The notes beneath the pieces are model-generated. The model searched no databases. It was not told the origin of the DNA and saw nothing but the letters and a program-made list of their open reading frames with translations. A stretch of DNA of 64,000 nt from Geosiphon pyriformis uo1. Its lineage: Eukaryota > Fungi > Glomeromycota. Positions 38,720 to 52,985 of the stretch are shown here, one piece after another. Position 1 is the first letter of the stretch. Each line of letters starts with the position of its first letter. The stretch lies in the NCBI GenBank assembly GCA_016748015.1, contig JAAOMT010000183.1, forward strand, positions 760,787 to 824,786, in the 5' to 3' direction. Made by a program: the position numbers and the translations under genes.

Positions 38720-40925
38720 TTCTGAAATATCTAATAAAATTTCATTAGAGAAGTTCTTTCTGTGGTAGAAGCAATTAGATAGAACATTTTAGAAGCTTTT
38801 TCTTTACTTAGTAATCATAAAAGGCTGCCTTTGATAGCTACTAAAACAACTTTTTTATTTTTGGCTGGTTTTTCACCAGTCAAAATTTTCTTAAAAAAAC
38901 ACACTTGGGTTGATTCTAGTGTTGCCTCCACCTTTACTAAGAGCCCAAAAGTGTTTAATAATAGGCCAGTTAACAAGCTGGTATTCTCCTTTATAGCTTC
39001 AATATCTGGTGCTCCTAGTACTTCCTCTTCAAAAAAATAGTCAATAAGACCAAAAGTTCAGAAAAGTGAGGGTAATTGCTTGCCTTTTTTATTGTTACAC
39101 CGAACCCCTTTGTAGTTCTCAATGAAATTTTAGGTAAAATTTCCATAGCATCATCTGACATATTATCCAAGATGGGCCAAGATCAACTACTGACTGTATT
39201 GCCAAATGTGGAGTCTTCTGGCAGATTATTGCCAGTTTTAGAAGCAAAACAATTATTTTCTGTGGTATTACCTGTTTCTGAGAACTGGGCTGACCAAATG
39301 AAAACTGAATCATCTCTTTTTCTGGTTTCTAGTGCTGCTGCTAGTGGTGCTTAGGAAACTATTATTAGTCATCAAAAGTTTGCTAAGTGGGTGGCCTCTA
39401 CTCTGATGTCTGATGCTACTTTTAAGATCAAATTGGCTTATGTTAAGGCTGTTTTTCAGTTTATACATGGTTTTTTGAGTGCAAAATCTGTTTCTAAGGA
39501 CAATATGAAATTCTTCTGTGTTGAGTTTACATCTCGAAATTCTTTAAATACTGCATTTTTGGTTGAGCCTACAAGTTCTGTTCATCTTACCACTCTTAAA
39601 ATTGCCAAGTTTTTGGTGGTTTTTGAGTCTGATTCTTTTCTTGCTGTTGTTGTGCTGTATAATGTGTCTTTGGGTATGTTTGCTGCCAATATTAAATTAG
39701 CTCTTAGAGTTTTTGGTGAAGTTTCTCATGTTATGCTAAAGCCTGTTGGTATTTGGCAATATGTAATTGTTTACTTTAAAAAATTAGATACTGTTACTTC
39801 TGTTTTTACTTACTAATCAATTTTGGTAAACAAATATAGTGTTCATATTCTGCTTTTTATTAATTAAAATGAGACAATTTTGTTTTATAATTGGTTTAAA
39901 ACCAAGTTGGTCAATCTCTCTTCTGACTGTATTGTCTTTTGAAATTAGTGATATAATCTTCCAGATTGATGACTGAACTTGGTTTATTTCTTATTTACCT
40001 GATTTTGGTCATTGTTCCTGGTTTGTTTTGGTTATATTTGGTTCCCAAGTTGATTTGGATTCTGTAGTTGTCAAAACTGGTACTTTAAGGAAATGCCATA
40101 TTTGGTGAAAAACTTCTGGTTATTGGTACTGCTTTAGGTATTAAAAAATAGTACATTTGGCTGTGGACTGCAAAGTTGCTCCACTTCTACCTCCCAAGGC
40201 TTCCAAAGTGTTTAAACCATATTTTGTAAGTGGTATTTCTTATGCAAAGGCTTCTGCTCCTTTGGTTTCTTCTGAGTTTCCTCTTTTGGCAGCTTCTATT
40301 TCTCTTTTTATGATTGTTAGTAATTCTTTGGTGTCTTTTTGGTTGATTTTTTTGGAGTCTGATTTGATCAAGCTTTTTGCTTTAGTTGAGTTTATTGTTA
40401 AACCAGTTGGTTTTTTGGTTAAATTGTTTGAACAGTTTATTAATAGAAATTTGGTTTCAAGCAGTAAGTTTGGTCTTAAAGTCAATAAGATTATGGTACA
40501 TATGAGTTCCTTTAGTAAAATTGTTGGTAAGTTGGAGAGAAAAGTGGTTTTTTTAAAAAAGGAGTACTGCATAGAAAATATTAATATGTCTGGTGATTCA
40601 GAACTTTCAGTTGGTTTGGATAATGGGGTGTTTTCTAATTTGATGTTTCTTTGGGAATATGAATCTATTGATATCAAAGCTGATGCCTTGAAAACAGCCA
40701 AATAGCTGGTTGGATTAATTTCTTGCAGTGCTACTTTGTTTTTTGTCATTTAAAAGATGTTATTTTTGGATAAGTTTTCTTCTAGTGCATTAATATAGTA
40801 TAGTCTAAACTGGCTCAAGTAGTTGGTTACATATAGAAAGTGTATAAGCCACATTTAATTTAAAACTCTATGTAGTCATATTGTATTGGTCTTGCTTGTT
40901 AAACTTTAATAATAATAATAATAAA
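38720..40925 (+). mobile_element. ORF1-only non-autonomous LINE derivative (HAL1-like), copy 1
   Basis: Decayed single ORF1-like frame (fragments 38831-40705; VFGEVSHV...WQYVIVYF resembles ORF1 SFGVVISI...WQKAVVEF; knuckle relic ..HLAVDC), followed directly by a LINE-like 3' UTR and (TAA)n tail at 40907-40925. No ORF2. 5' boundary approximate. Confidence 0.8.
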
Positions 40926-40944
40926 ATATTATTAATAATATAAA

Positions 40945-42690
40945 AAATTACTTCTTTTTTTTTATATCCAAAATTTTTTAAAAAGCATTTTTTTAAAATA
41001 GAAGTTTTTATTTTTTTATTATATCTTATTTAATATTTTTTAAGTAAATAATTTTTTTATAATAAACTTAAAAACTGTTTTAAACAATAATATATTTAAA
41101 AAAAAACGCCCAAAAGAGTTTTTTATAATTTAGCTAATAGTTTTTTTTTTCAAAAAAAAGAGTTTTTATTAATAATATTAAATATTTAATAATAAAAAAT
41201 ATTTTTTTGATCAAGCTTGGTTTTGATAATAATATGTATTCAAATATAAATAATAAATTTAATAATAATAAAAACAATAGTATTTTAATTAATAGTAATA
41301 GTAAGTCTTTTTTGAATTTAGCAGCTACTATTTTTAAATTAAAAAACTTAATATTAATATAAATTATGATTTTTTTCTTGGTTTTTTTAATTTTAACATG
41401 AAAAAAAACAATGAATTTCTTTTTTCTTTTTTTAATATTTCTTTAAACAAAAAATAAATTGACTTAAAATTGTAAAAACTCATATAGAAATACTTATTAA
41501 TAAATTTTTTACTTTAAATATCAATCTTTCAACTATTAAAAAAAACTAGCTACAGTTAAAATAAAAGTTATTAAGAAATTATTTTCAAAAATAAATAGAT
41601 TTAAAGAAATTATTATCTTCTTAAAATTTGAAAGAATTATTAAATCTATATTTATATTAAAAAAAAGTATAAAAAAGACTGTAGTATTGGCCAATAAAAA
41701 CAAAATTCAAGTAAATAGCAATTTTAAAAAACAAAAAATTCATTTAAATTAGACTATAATTGTTAAAAAAATTCCTATAAATATGTTTAAAGAAAAATTA
41801 TTTCGACTTTGTCTAAATATAATTAAATTGTGTTAATTTAATTATATTTTATTAGACTTTGACAAAAAACTATTATAGAATTTGCTAAATTAAATCAAAT
41901 TAATAATTTTGGTAAAAAATAATCAGTGCTAATCAAAAAAAATTCAATATATATGACCAAAACTCTTTCAAATCAGATTATTTGGGCTTTTAAAAATTGT
42001 TTTAAAGTATTGTTATTTATATTGTTCATAAGAATTATTGTTTATAATTTAAATATTTTATTAAATAATACAAATAAAAAAACTTGTATAATAAATTAGT
42101 TATTTGCTAATAATACTAGATTTTACTGTATAATAGTATGTTTTAAGTCCAAGAAAAATTTTGATCATGTGTTTTATAATGTTACTATTTTTAATAATAT
42201 TAAATTTTTTTGGACTAAATTGAATTTGGTTTATTGTAATAAATATGGCTGTTTTAATTACTTAGTTTTGGAATATAACAAGATTAATTCTTTATATTTG
42301 TTAATATAAAAAATGTTTAAATAATTAGTTTCTAAAAAAAAAACATTTATATTTTATTTGTTTTTGTACCAAAAAACAGGTTTTTGTTTTTTGTTTTTTA
42401 ATATTATTATAATTTGATATTTAGATTTGTCATAATATATTCTAAAAAATTTTTGAAGATTTTGTATTAGAGTTTTTTATATAATAAATAGAGATTTATT
42501 TGATAGTAGTTAATAATAAATTTAATAATTTTTTTAGCTTAATAACTAGTTTATTCTAATATTTGTATCTTTTTAATAAGTAATTTTAGTTTTTTGACTA
42601 TGTTTATATCTTTTTTGGTGTTTTTTACCAAATAGTTTTTGACATAATAATTTTAACACTTTTTTAATAATTAATTAGTAATTTACAACT
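40945..42690 (+). mobile_element. Highly decayed LINE 5' end and ORF1 relic
   Basis: Colinear with the reverse complement of about 29700-31370 (5' UTR motif, ORF1 blocks); right boundary approximate. Confidence 0.75.
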
Positions 42691-45600
42691 AATAAATTAA
42701 TAAAGTAATATTTAATATTTTGTTAATAGTTATAATCAAAAACTATTATTCTAATATTATTAAATAGTTATTATAAATATTAATAATATTAATATTATAA
42801 TAATATAAATTTTAATATGATAATTTTAAATTTATTAATAAATAAATAAGATAGAGATTTTTATTAAATAATTTGATTAATTTGTAGTTATTAATAAAAG
42901 TAAAAGTAATTAGATTGATTTCAAAGTAAATTTATTTGTTATTTTTTTGACTTTTTATTACTTTTATTATATATACAAAAATTTTTATAATTTTTTTAAG
43001 TTTTTGCTAGAATTTTTAACATTTCTAAAATTTTTAATATTTTTACAATTTTAAAATTTTTTTAAAATTTTGTTAGTATTCTTGGAATTTTTGATATTAC
43101 ATATTCTAATAATTTTTTATTTTGCTATTAACTATTTATATTATTATTTTTGTGTTTTTTATATATATATAATATTATCTTTTTTTTTAATATTAAGCTT
43201 TTGCAAAAATTTTTAAGTTTTCTTTTTAAATAAGTTTATATACTTCTTTTTTTATTATGATTTTAAAAACTTTTGTTCTCAGTTTTTTAAATTGTAAGTT
43301 GGTTATTTTTTCTAATTAGTTTATTATTAAGTTTTTTATAGTTAAATATAATAATATTTTATTGTATTTATAAAAAATTATATATAGTTGGTAAATTGCT
43401 TTTAAATAAGTTATTAAGTTGTTTTTTTCAATAAAGTTTTCTACTTATTGTACTAATTTTTTGTCAAATATTTGTTTAAAATTGTTAATATATAATATTT
43501 AAATATTTAATTGTTGTTTTAAATAATAATAATAATATATTATTGAAAACTGTTTTTTTTAACCTTTCTAATTTTTATTCTTAGTTTTTCTGGTTAAATA
43601 TTTGTTATTAAATTTTTGAAAGTTTTTTTACTTTTTCAACAAAATTTTCTACATAGTTATTTTTTTGTTTTTAAGTATTATTATATAAAGTTTTTTTAGC
43701 TGTTTTATTTTTTTAAGTATTTTTATAACAAATTTTTTGTCTGTTAACTGTTATTTTTATGTCTAATTTTTTTGTTTTCAATATTTAGAACAATTGTTGT
43801 ATTATTATATATATTTTATCTATTATTTTTATTTTCTGTTTCATTTTTTATATGATTTAATTATATTTAAAACAATTTTTAGTTTAATAATATATTGGCT
43901 TTAATAATATTAATTGGTTCTAAATTTTGTGCTATTTTAATTGATTTAATCAGTATTTTTGTGTTCTTAATTATAATATGTTAGAAATTGTTAATGTTTT
44001 ATTATAATATAACTTTGGTTAATTTTTATGTACTGTTTTGATTAAAATTTTGTTTTTTTGTCATAGTTTGTATAATTTATTTCAAAGTATTTTTTTAATA
44101 TAGAATAATTTATTTTATTTTAAGTTAAATTTTTTATTTTATTGTTTTTTTGTTTTTGAATAATATAAAAGTATTTTGTCTTCAATTTTGAATTTAACTG
44201 GTTTATTTCATAATTAATTATTATGTTTTTTTGTAACTTTTTAATATAGTTAGCTGTTTTTTTTTAAAAAAATTTTTATTAAGTTATATACAAGAGGATA
44301 TAAAAAGTATTGGACACTTAATATAATATATAAAAAAAGTTATATATTATAATAACATTATCAATTTAAGTCATAATTTTTTTTATAATTACTTATAGTT
44401 ATAATTTACAAATTAACATAAATTGCATCCTTGTAAAACACAATAGTAGATTATATGTGTATATATAAAATATCAAGCATTTTTGTCATGAAAAAATTTA
44501 TCACATCAAATGTGTCTTGGAAAAAAACTTTCTGAATACCAAAAAGAAGAGATTATTTTAACAAAAAAATTAGGACATACAAACAGTGAGATTTTCATGA
44601 TTATTAAAAGTTCACATTTTTTTGTAATACATGTATAGAAGTCATATGAGCTAAAAAAACTTCCTAAAAAATGAACAGACTGACCACAAATTCTTGACAA
44701 ACGTGCACATAAACAACTCAAATATTCAATAATAGAGAATAAAAAAACCTACTGTTAAACTTTTTCTCAAATACAATTAAATTTTATTAAAGATATCAAC
44801 AAATCTATTTTTATACAAACTATTTGAAATAGATTAGCTTAAAAAAGACTTCATTTATGTATTTCTTGTTTCAAGCCATTAATTTCTAAATCAAATAAAA
44901 AAAAATGTTTACAATAGATTTATACTTATAAAAATTGAACAATAGAAGATTTTAATCAAGTTGTTTGGTCAGATAAATTTACATATACACAATTTAGAAG
45001 TACAGAATTTGGACATGTATAGTGTAAACCTTTCTAAGAGTTTTATAAGGATTGTATTACAGCCACAGTTAAAAAAAGCTTTGGTCATATGTTTTGGAGA
45101 TGTTTTTTATGAGTTGGTTTGAGTCCTTTAGTTCTTTTGATTGGTCATATTACTTGAGTTATACACTACAAAATCTTGCATAATTATGCAATTCCTATGG
45201 TAAACTTTATGCAAAAAAAACTAAAAAAAAAGTTTTTTTTTTCTAAGAAGACAATGTATCAATTCACACATCAAAAGTTGTGCATTCTTTTTTTATTTCT
45301 TCAAATGTTGAATTACTTTTTTGGCCATCACAAAGTCTTAATATTACTCTAATAAAAAATTTTTGGTTATATATTGAAGTTAAAATTCATTAACATAATT
45401 CACAACTCTCAAATATTGTACAATTGGAACAGTGGGTTAAGGAAGAATGGAATGTAATATCTGTAAATTATTATCATAATTTGATTAAGTCTAGTTACAT
45501 CAAGTTTAAGCTATTCTTAAAGCAAATAGAGGTCAAACAAACTACTAACATGTATTTTAATATAATAATAAAAAATTAATGATTCATAAGTTAGTTCTTT

Positions 45601-46584
45601 TATATAACATATTATAAAAGTGTTCAATCTTTTTTATATCCTTCTGTATTTATTTTAACAGTATATTTTGAAATATAATTTTTGTTATTAGTTTTATTAA
45701 ATATGTTGTTATTTTTTTTTATTGATAATATTGTTATTTTATTATATACTAGTTTAAATAATATTACTTAAACAGTATTTTGTTTTATTGTTTAATAAGC
45801 AAATAATATTAATAGTATAAATATGTCTTATTTTTTTGTTTTTTTTAACTAATTTTAGCCAATATTTTACATAATATTTTATTAAATTTTTTGATTAAGC
45901 TATTTTTTTTTAAATAATATAATAATTTTAATGGTTTTTTAACTTCAAATTTTTGGCTTAATTTTGTTAATATTCTGTTTATAAAATGGATTTTTTAATA
46001 TGATAATAATTTTTTTAAACATCTATATTAACATATTAAGCCTTAATAAATAAATTCAGCTATTAATTTTGTATTAGCTTTTTATATGACTTTAGGTTTT
46101 GGTCATTTAGTAAGATAGTTTATAACAACAACAATATATTAATTGTTTTTGGTTGTTATTAATAATAGTCTTATTAAGTCAATTTTAATTTTATCAAATA
46201 GTTATTTAATTTCATTTTTTTTCTTTAATAAACATTATAACTTTATATATATTGTTTTATATTTAGATGTATTATTAATTAATAGTACAATTGTTTGGTT
46301 TTTTTTAGTATTAATTTTCAATTAAAATGTTTTATTGTTGAATCTAAATATATATTAAACAATATTTTTTTTTGTTTTTTTATTATTTTTAATAGATTAT
46401 TAAGATCTTTTAATTTTTTCTGTATAATTTATTTTGGTAATTAATATAATATTTAACTTGTTAATAAATTCTGTTTTGTTTATTTTGAGATAATTTTTTT
46501 TTAAACTATTTAGTAATAATATAGTAATTTAATTATTATTAATTTTTATAGTTTATTTTGTTATTTTATTGTTGTTTTATTAGA
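42690..46584 (-). mobile_element. Gypsy element E, 3' part (partial LTR, ORF3 relic, integrase relic), very decayed
   Basis: LTR-like block to about 43174, then a PPT-like stretch. 43900-46550 is colinear with the integrases of C and F once the Tc1 is removed. Confidence 0.7.
44291..45646 (+). mobile_element. Tc1/mariner DNA transposon relic (1356 bp), DD34E type
   Basis: Imperfect 28-bp TIRs (CAAGAGGATATAAAAAGTATTGGACACT and CAGAAGGATATAAAAAAGATTGAACACT), TA on both flanks, motifs VVWSD, EDNVSIH and WPSQSLNITLIKN; 34 residues between the second D and the E position (now K). Confidence 0.92.
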
Positions 46585-47904
46585 AATCTCAACATGAATA
46601 TTTTAGCCAATTAACAAATTGGTTTTTTTAATTATTATTGCTATATATGATGTCACTAGTACTATTTCTTTGAAAATAACCAAAAAAGCCAAAGATTCCA
46701 AAAAATAAGAGTAATTATTCACTTTTGTTATTGTTATATGAACTTCTTTGTGATTTTAGATAAAATTTTAGATAAAATTTCTATTGTATTATCTAGTATA
46801 TTATTTAAAATAGGCCAAAATCAATCACTAACTATATTATTAAATATGATTTCTTTTGGCAAATTATTACTAGTTTTAGAAACAAAATAACAATCTTTTA
46901 TTGGCTTATTTGTTTTAGAAACTAGACTGATCAAATAGAAACTGATTCATTTTTTCTACTGGTTTTTAATACTGCTATTGGTAATACTTAGGAAATCATT
47001 TCTAGTTGTCAAAGATTTACTGAACAAGTGGTCTTTACTTTGGTGCTTGATGCTATTTTTAAAATCAAATTGGCTTATATTAAGACTGTTTTTTAGTTTG
47101 TACATGGTTTTTTGGATATTAGACTGATTTAGATACTGCAATAATCAAGATTAATACATTAAAAAAGTATTGTATTTAGTAAAAAACTTCTAATTGTTGA
47201 CATTGTTTTAAGTGTTAAGAGATAAGCTATTTAATTGTAAACTATAAAGTGTTTTTATTTCTTCTTTTTAAAAATTCCAAAATTTTCAAGATGTTTGTAT
47301 TATGTTTTGTGAATGCTAAATTTTAGGTCAAAGCTTTTGCTTTTTTGAGCTTTCCTAAATTTTTACTTTTGATGACTTTTGTTTCTCTTTTATAGTTGTT
47401 GGTAGTTTTTTGGTATCTTCTTATTTAACTTTTTTGGAATCTGATTTGGCCAAACTTTTTGTATTAGTTAAATTAATTGTTAAATTTGTTAACTTTCTAA
47501 TTGTTGTATTTAAACAATTCATTAAGAGTAATTTGATTTTAAACAGTGTTCTTAGTCTTAAAATTAATAACTTATAATTTATTTGGGCTTTTTTAGCAGA
47601 GCTGTTAATAAGTTGGAAAAAGAAATGGTTTTATTAAAAAAAAAATATATAAATAATATTAACATGTCTGATAATTCAAATTTTTTAGTTGGTAATAATA
47701 ATAATATATTTTTTAACTTAATGTTTTTTTGGATATATAAATCTAATAATATTAAAACTAATATCTTAAAAACAGTCAAATGGCTAATTGGATTGATTTT
47801 TTATAGTATTAAATTATTTAATGTAGTTTAAAAAATGTTGGTTTTGGATAAGTTTTTTTCTGTTGTATTAATATAGCATAGTCTGAACTGGCTTAAATAG
47901 CTGA
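46585..47904 (+). mobile_element. ORF1-only element copy 2, 5'-truncated and internally deleted
   Basis: Aligns to 38941-39480 and then about 40060-40825; cut in its 3' UTR by element F. Confidence 0.8.
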
Positions 47905-48612
47905 TATTATAGATAATTATTTAGAATATTAAAACAAATAACAAATCTGTAATTTGGTGCTTAATAATTAAAAATGTTAGTAATTCTAAAGATTTTAATG
48001 TCTAAAGGTTTTGGTTAAGTTCTTTGTATAAAGAACAGAAATTTAATTAATGATTGCTTTTGTGAATTTTTTTTTTTAGTGTAATGGCCAATTTATTTTG
48101 GCAGTTATGCTCTTCTGGTAAATTATTTTTAAATTTTTATCTTTATTCTTGGATTTTTATCAAATTATCTTTAATATCAACTATTTAGTACTTAATCTCT
48201 TTAATTAATTAGCAAATAACAATAAATAAAATAAAAAAATAAAATAAAATAAAATAAAAAATAAAAAATTAGTATTCTGTTAATAAGCATAATCAAAAAC
48301 TATTGGTTTAATGTAATTAAGTATTAAATTCTATCAACATAAAGTGTTAATAGTGAATAAGTAATTAATATTCTTAATTAAGTAACAATAACATAAATTA
48401 AATAACAATTAGATATTTTTATTAATATAAATATGTTTTTGCTTTAAATTATAGAAAACTATCTTTTGAAAAAAGAGTATTGGAATTTTAAACTCTATTA
48501 AATTCTGAATCAATTCTGTTTTTTTTGTTTTTAATACTCTTAATATATATATATAATTCTTGTTATATAAAATCTCATATTTTTTTGAATAATATGTACT
48601 ATTTTTTTTGAT

Positions 48613-48750
48613 AATGTGCTTATTGCTAAACAATATGCCATGATTTCTAACAATGTGCTTATTGCTAAGCAATATGCCATAATTTACTGACAATATGCTT
48701 ATTGCTAAACAATATATTATAATTTTCTAACATTGTGCTTACTTGCTAAG
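48613..48750. repeat. About 40-bp tandem repeats containing the palindrome ATTGCTAAGCAAT in the F LTR
   Basis: Three to four visible units. Confidence 0.85.
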
Positions 48751-51700
48751 TTTTATTCTTCAATTGGTCTATTTTTTTATCTGTTTTTTTTACTTTTTTT
48801 TTGTACTTTTTTATAAATAACATTATTTTCTCCTTCAATATTGAGCTTTATTGAAATCTTTATTTTGAATTAAGTCTATTATTTTTTTTTTAATACTATT
48901 TGTTTAATTTTGTTTCTTATTTTTTTACATTGAGAGTTGTTTACTTTTTTCTACTGGTTAATAGTTTTTATTTTTATTTTTTAGTATAGTAGTATTTTTA
49001 GATAATTTTAAAATATGGTATGTAGTTAGTAAATTGTTTTAATATATAGTATAAAATTTGTCTTCTTTCTAATAAAATTTTCAATTTGTTGTACTATTTT
49101 TTGATTGAATATTTTTTTAAATTTATCAATATATAATTCTTAGATATTTAGCTTTTGTTCTAATTAATAATAACAGTATAATATTAGAAGTTGTTTTATT
49201 TATAGCTTCCAGTTTTTTTTAATTGGCTCTTTTATTGAGATTATTATTAGTATTTTCTCAAAAGTATTCTTTACTTTTTCTATAACTTTATCTGATAAGT
49301 ACTTTGTTTAGTTTTGTAGAATAATTTTTGCTTTTTTTTTTTGGTGTTTCAATAACAAATTGTTTGGTAATTAATGATAATTTCATGTCTAATTGTTGTT
49401 AATTTATGGTCTGAAATAATTGTTAAGCCATCATGTAAATGTGGTCTAGAATTTCTATCTTTTTATTATTGCTTTTATTATGTAAACTGTGTCTTTATAT
49501 ACTATTTTTGTAAATCAATTTGATGTGTTTGTGTTAATAATTATAATTGGTTTTAGATCTTATGGAATTTTATCTGGTTGAACTAGTATTTATTGTATTC
49601 CTAGTTGTAGAATATTACTGGTAGATGATAATACTATATTATAATATGGTTTTAGTCAATTCTTATATGCTGCTTTAGCTAAGATATTATTGTTCTATCT
49701 TAATTTATAAGTTTTATTTCCTAGAATTTTTTCAATATAAAATGGTTTATTCTATTTGGAATCAAATTTTCCACTCCATACAAGAGTATTTTGTCTTTAA
49801 TTTTAAATTCAACTGGTTTATTTGGTAATTGATTATTATGTCATTTTTTTTGTTTTGCTTGTGATTTTTATATATTATTAGCTGCTATTTATCTTTTGTT
49901 TTCTAATATTTTTATTAAATTATATGTTTTTTTTAGCAATATTTTTTGAAAGTTGGCTTTTGTTATTGGTTCTATTGGATATGTATTGATATCTATCTTA
50001 GCTGATAATATTGCTATTTTATTATATACAAGTTCAAATAGTATTACTTATGTAGTATTTTGCTTTATTGTTTGATAAACAAATAATACTGATAGTATAA
50101 ATAAATCCTATTTGTCCTGATTTTTTTGGCTAATTTTGGCTATTGCTTTACACTGTTACAGATAAACTTAGTAAAGTAAGAAAATAGTAATGTTTAATGC
50201 TTTCAATTATCAATAATGTATACATTTGCTTTTTAAATTGCTTTTGTTTTTGGCCATTTTGTAAAATAGTCTATGGCTACTGCTATATATCAATTGTTTT
50301 TGCTGATTATTGTTAGTAGTCTTACTAAGTTAATTTCAATTTAATTAAATAATTATTCTACTTTGATTGGTCTTAGTGGTTCACTGGATTTTGTTCCTCT
50401 TTTTCTTTAATAAGCATCACAATTTTGAACATATTAGATAATATTTAAATATATAAATGACCAATAGTATTATTTTTTGGTTCTTTCTATGGTTGCTTTT
50501 TTATAAAAATGTTCTGCTATTAGATCTGAATACATATTAAACAATATTGTTTTTTTTTCTGGTTTTGTAATTACTCTAATTGGCTAATCTGGATCTTTTT
50601 TGTTTTTCTAATATAGTATATTTTGATAAATAATAAAGTATTTTAATTGTTGTTTTATGTTGTTTTATTTTTTTTAATTTTTTTTTAAATTATTAAGTAT
50701 TGATATAATATTAAAGTTGTTAATATTTTTGTGCATTTATTTTTTGTTATATTTTTGGGTTGAAATGTTTTTAAATTTGTTTTATTCACAATAAACTATT
50801 GGTATTTTTGTTTTTTTTTCCCTTTTTATAATGTACTATATAATTAAATAATGATAATTCTATTTTTTATCTTATATAGTGATCATTTTCAAATTCCTGC
50901 TTTTGAATTGATGTTAATTTTTTGTGATTAGTATACAAATCAAACTTTTAACTAAAGTATTTTTTCCATTTGATGACAACTCAATAAATAGTTAAGTGTT
51001 TTAATACTAGAGTTCTATAGTTTTTCTTGGCTGGACTTAAACTTTGGTTGACATATGCTATTGGATGTTCTTATTTATCTGTTTTTTTTGTAACAATACA
51101 GCTTCCAATGCTTGACTAAATGCATTAGTGGTAATGATAAATGACTTGTTATAATCTAAATAGATTATTATTAAAGCTTAAATAAGCTTTCTTCTTAAAA
51201 TATTAAAAGCTTTTTGTTGAGTTTCAGTCCATTTATATTTAATATTTTTTGTTTATAGCTGGTAGAATAGTTAAGTCAGTTTGGAAAAGTTTTGGATAAA
51301 GTGGCAATAATATTTAGCAAATTCCAAAAATGCTCTTAATTCTATTAAGTTTGTTAATATTAGAAAGTTTTTAACTATTTTAATTTTGTCTGGATCTGTT
51401 TTAATACTGTTTTTGCTTATAACATGTTTTAAAAACTTTAATTTTGTTTTGTTAAAGAAGCATTTGATTGCATTCAACTTTAATTTGACTCTTTTTAATT
51501 TTTTAAACATTTGTTAGAAATAATAGAAATGGTCATTGAATGTTTTAGAAAACACATTGGTATTGTTTAAGTAGACTATTACTGATTTTTATAGTAATTT
51601 AGTATATACAATTTCTATAAGCCATTGAAAGATAACTGAAGCATTAGTTATAAAAAACATAATATTAAATTTGAAATTCTCTTCTCTGATTGTAAATACT

Positions 51701-52589
51701 ATCTTTTTTTTGTTAGCTGAATTCATAACTACTTGTCAATAACTACTATCTAAGTCTAATGTTAAGAATCATTTCTTTTTTCTAAAAATATTATATAACT
51801 CCTGAATTTATGGAGTTAGATAGCTGTTTTCATAAATAATACTATTAAATTTTCTATAATCTACACAAAAGTGGATTTTTTTATTCTTCTTATGAACAAA
51901 TATCATTGGTAATAACCATAGACTTATTGATAATTAAATTAATTTGTTGTTTAATATTTTGTTGATTTCTTGTTAAATAATCTTATGGCTTGCTAATGGT
52001 ATTTTGTATGCTTGTTGTTTTATTGGCATTATATCTCTAGTCTTAATTTGGTGTTGAATAATGTCAGTTTTGCCAAATTTATTTTCATTTACAAAGATGT
52101 TAGTGAAGTTGTTAAGTAATATTTTGAGTTGTATATGTTATAGTAAGTCAAAGTTTTCCAAGTTTATTTTTTTCAATTGTTTTGGTTAAAACAAATAACA
52201 TTTTTTTCATCTGTATATTGTTTGTAATATAATATCTATATATCTATACAGTTGTGAAAAATTTGGAATTGTGTTTGGTGGTTGGTTTTCAACTTCAGTA
52301 ATTAAATATTTAATAGTAATTCTATTTGGTATTTTGATGGTGTTTTCAGTTGTGTTGTAAATGAAAATTTTAATGTGTTTATAGTTTTTGGCTAATATGT
52401 AGAGATTGGTAATTTTAATTTTTTTTAATTTACAAATAGTTGGTTCTGCTTCAAATATTTGAAGCTAATCTTTCACTTTTTTTTCTATTACTAACATATA
52501 TTGATTATATGGTGAAATAAAAACTAATTAATTGGTAGAAATAATTTTTCTCTTATTAATAATTTTCTCTTTTGTCATATTAACTGGTA

Positions 52590-52985
52590 TGTTTATTTTA
52601 TCCATTAATCTAAATTTATTTTTTCTTCTAATTGTAATTCCTAATTTTTTTTTGTTTCTATTGATACTAATTGAACTATTTTTACCAAAGATAGAAATAT
52701 TGCCTGTGCTATTTTTTTATTTGATTCAATGGTATATTTTTTTTTGAGTCATTTTGTAGCATTGCAATAATATTTCTTATATATCCTGTATTAATTATTC
52801 TTCTTTTGATATTAATTTCTTTTTTCACTAAACTAAATTTAGATGCTAATTAAACTATTATTGTTGTTGAAATTTCCAGTACTATTTTTAGATTTATACT
52901 GGTATGTAAATAGGGTTCTAATCTGATGACAGTTTTTTCTGGATATCTGAAATCAAATCTTGTATTAGTATTATGTGTGCATTTT
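52590..52985 (-). pseudogene. dUTPase relic in element F
   Basis: AHNTNTRFDFRYP (compare AHEIDAGYDLRYP in G) and KKIAQAIFL. Confidence 0.75.
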
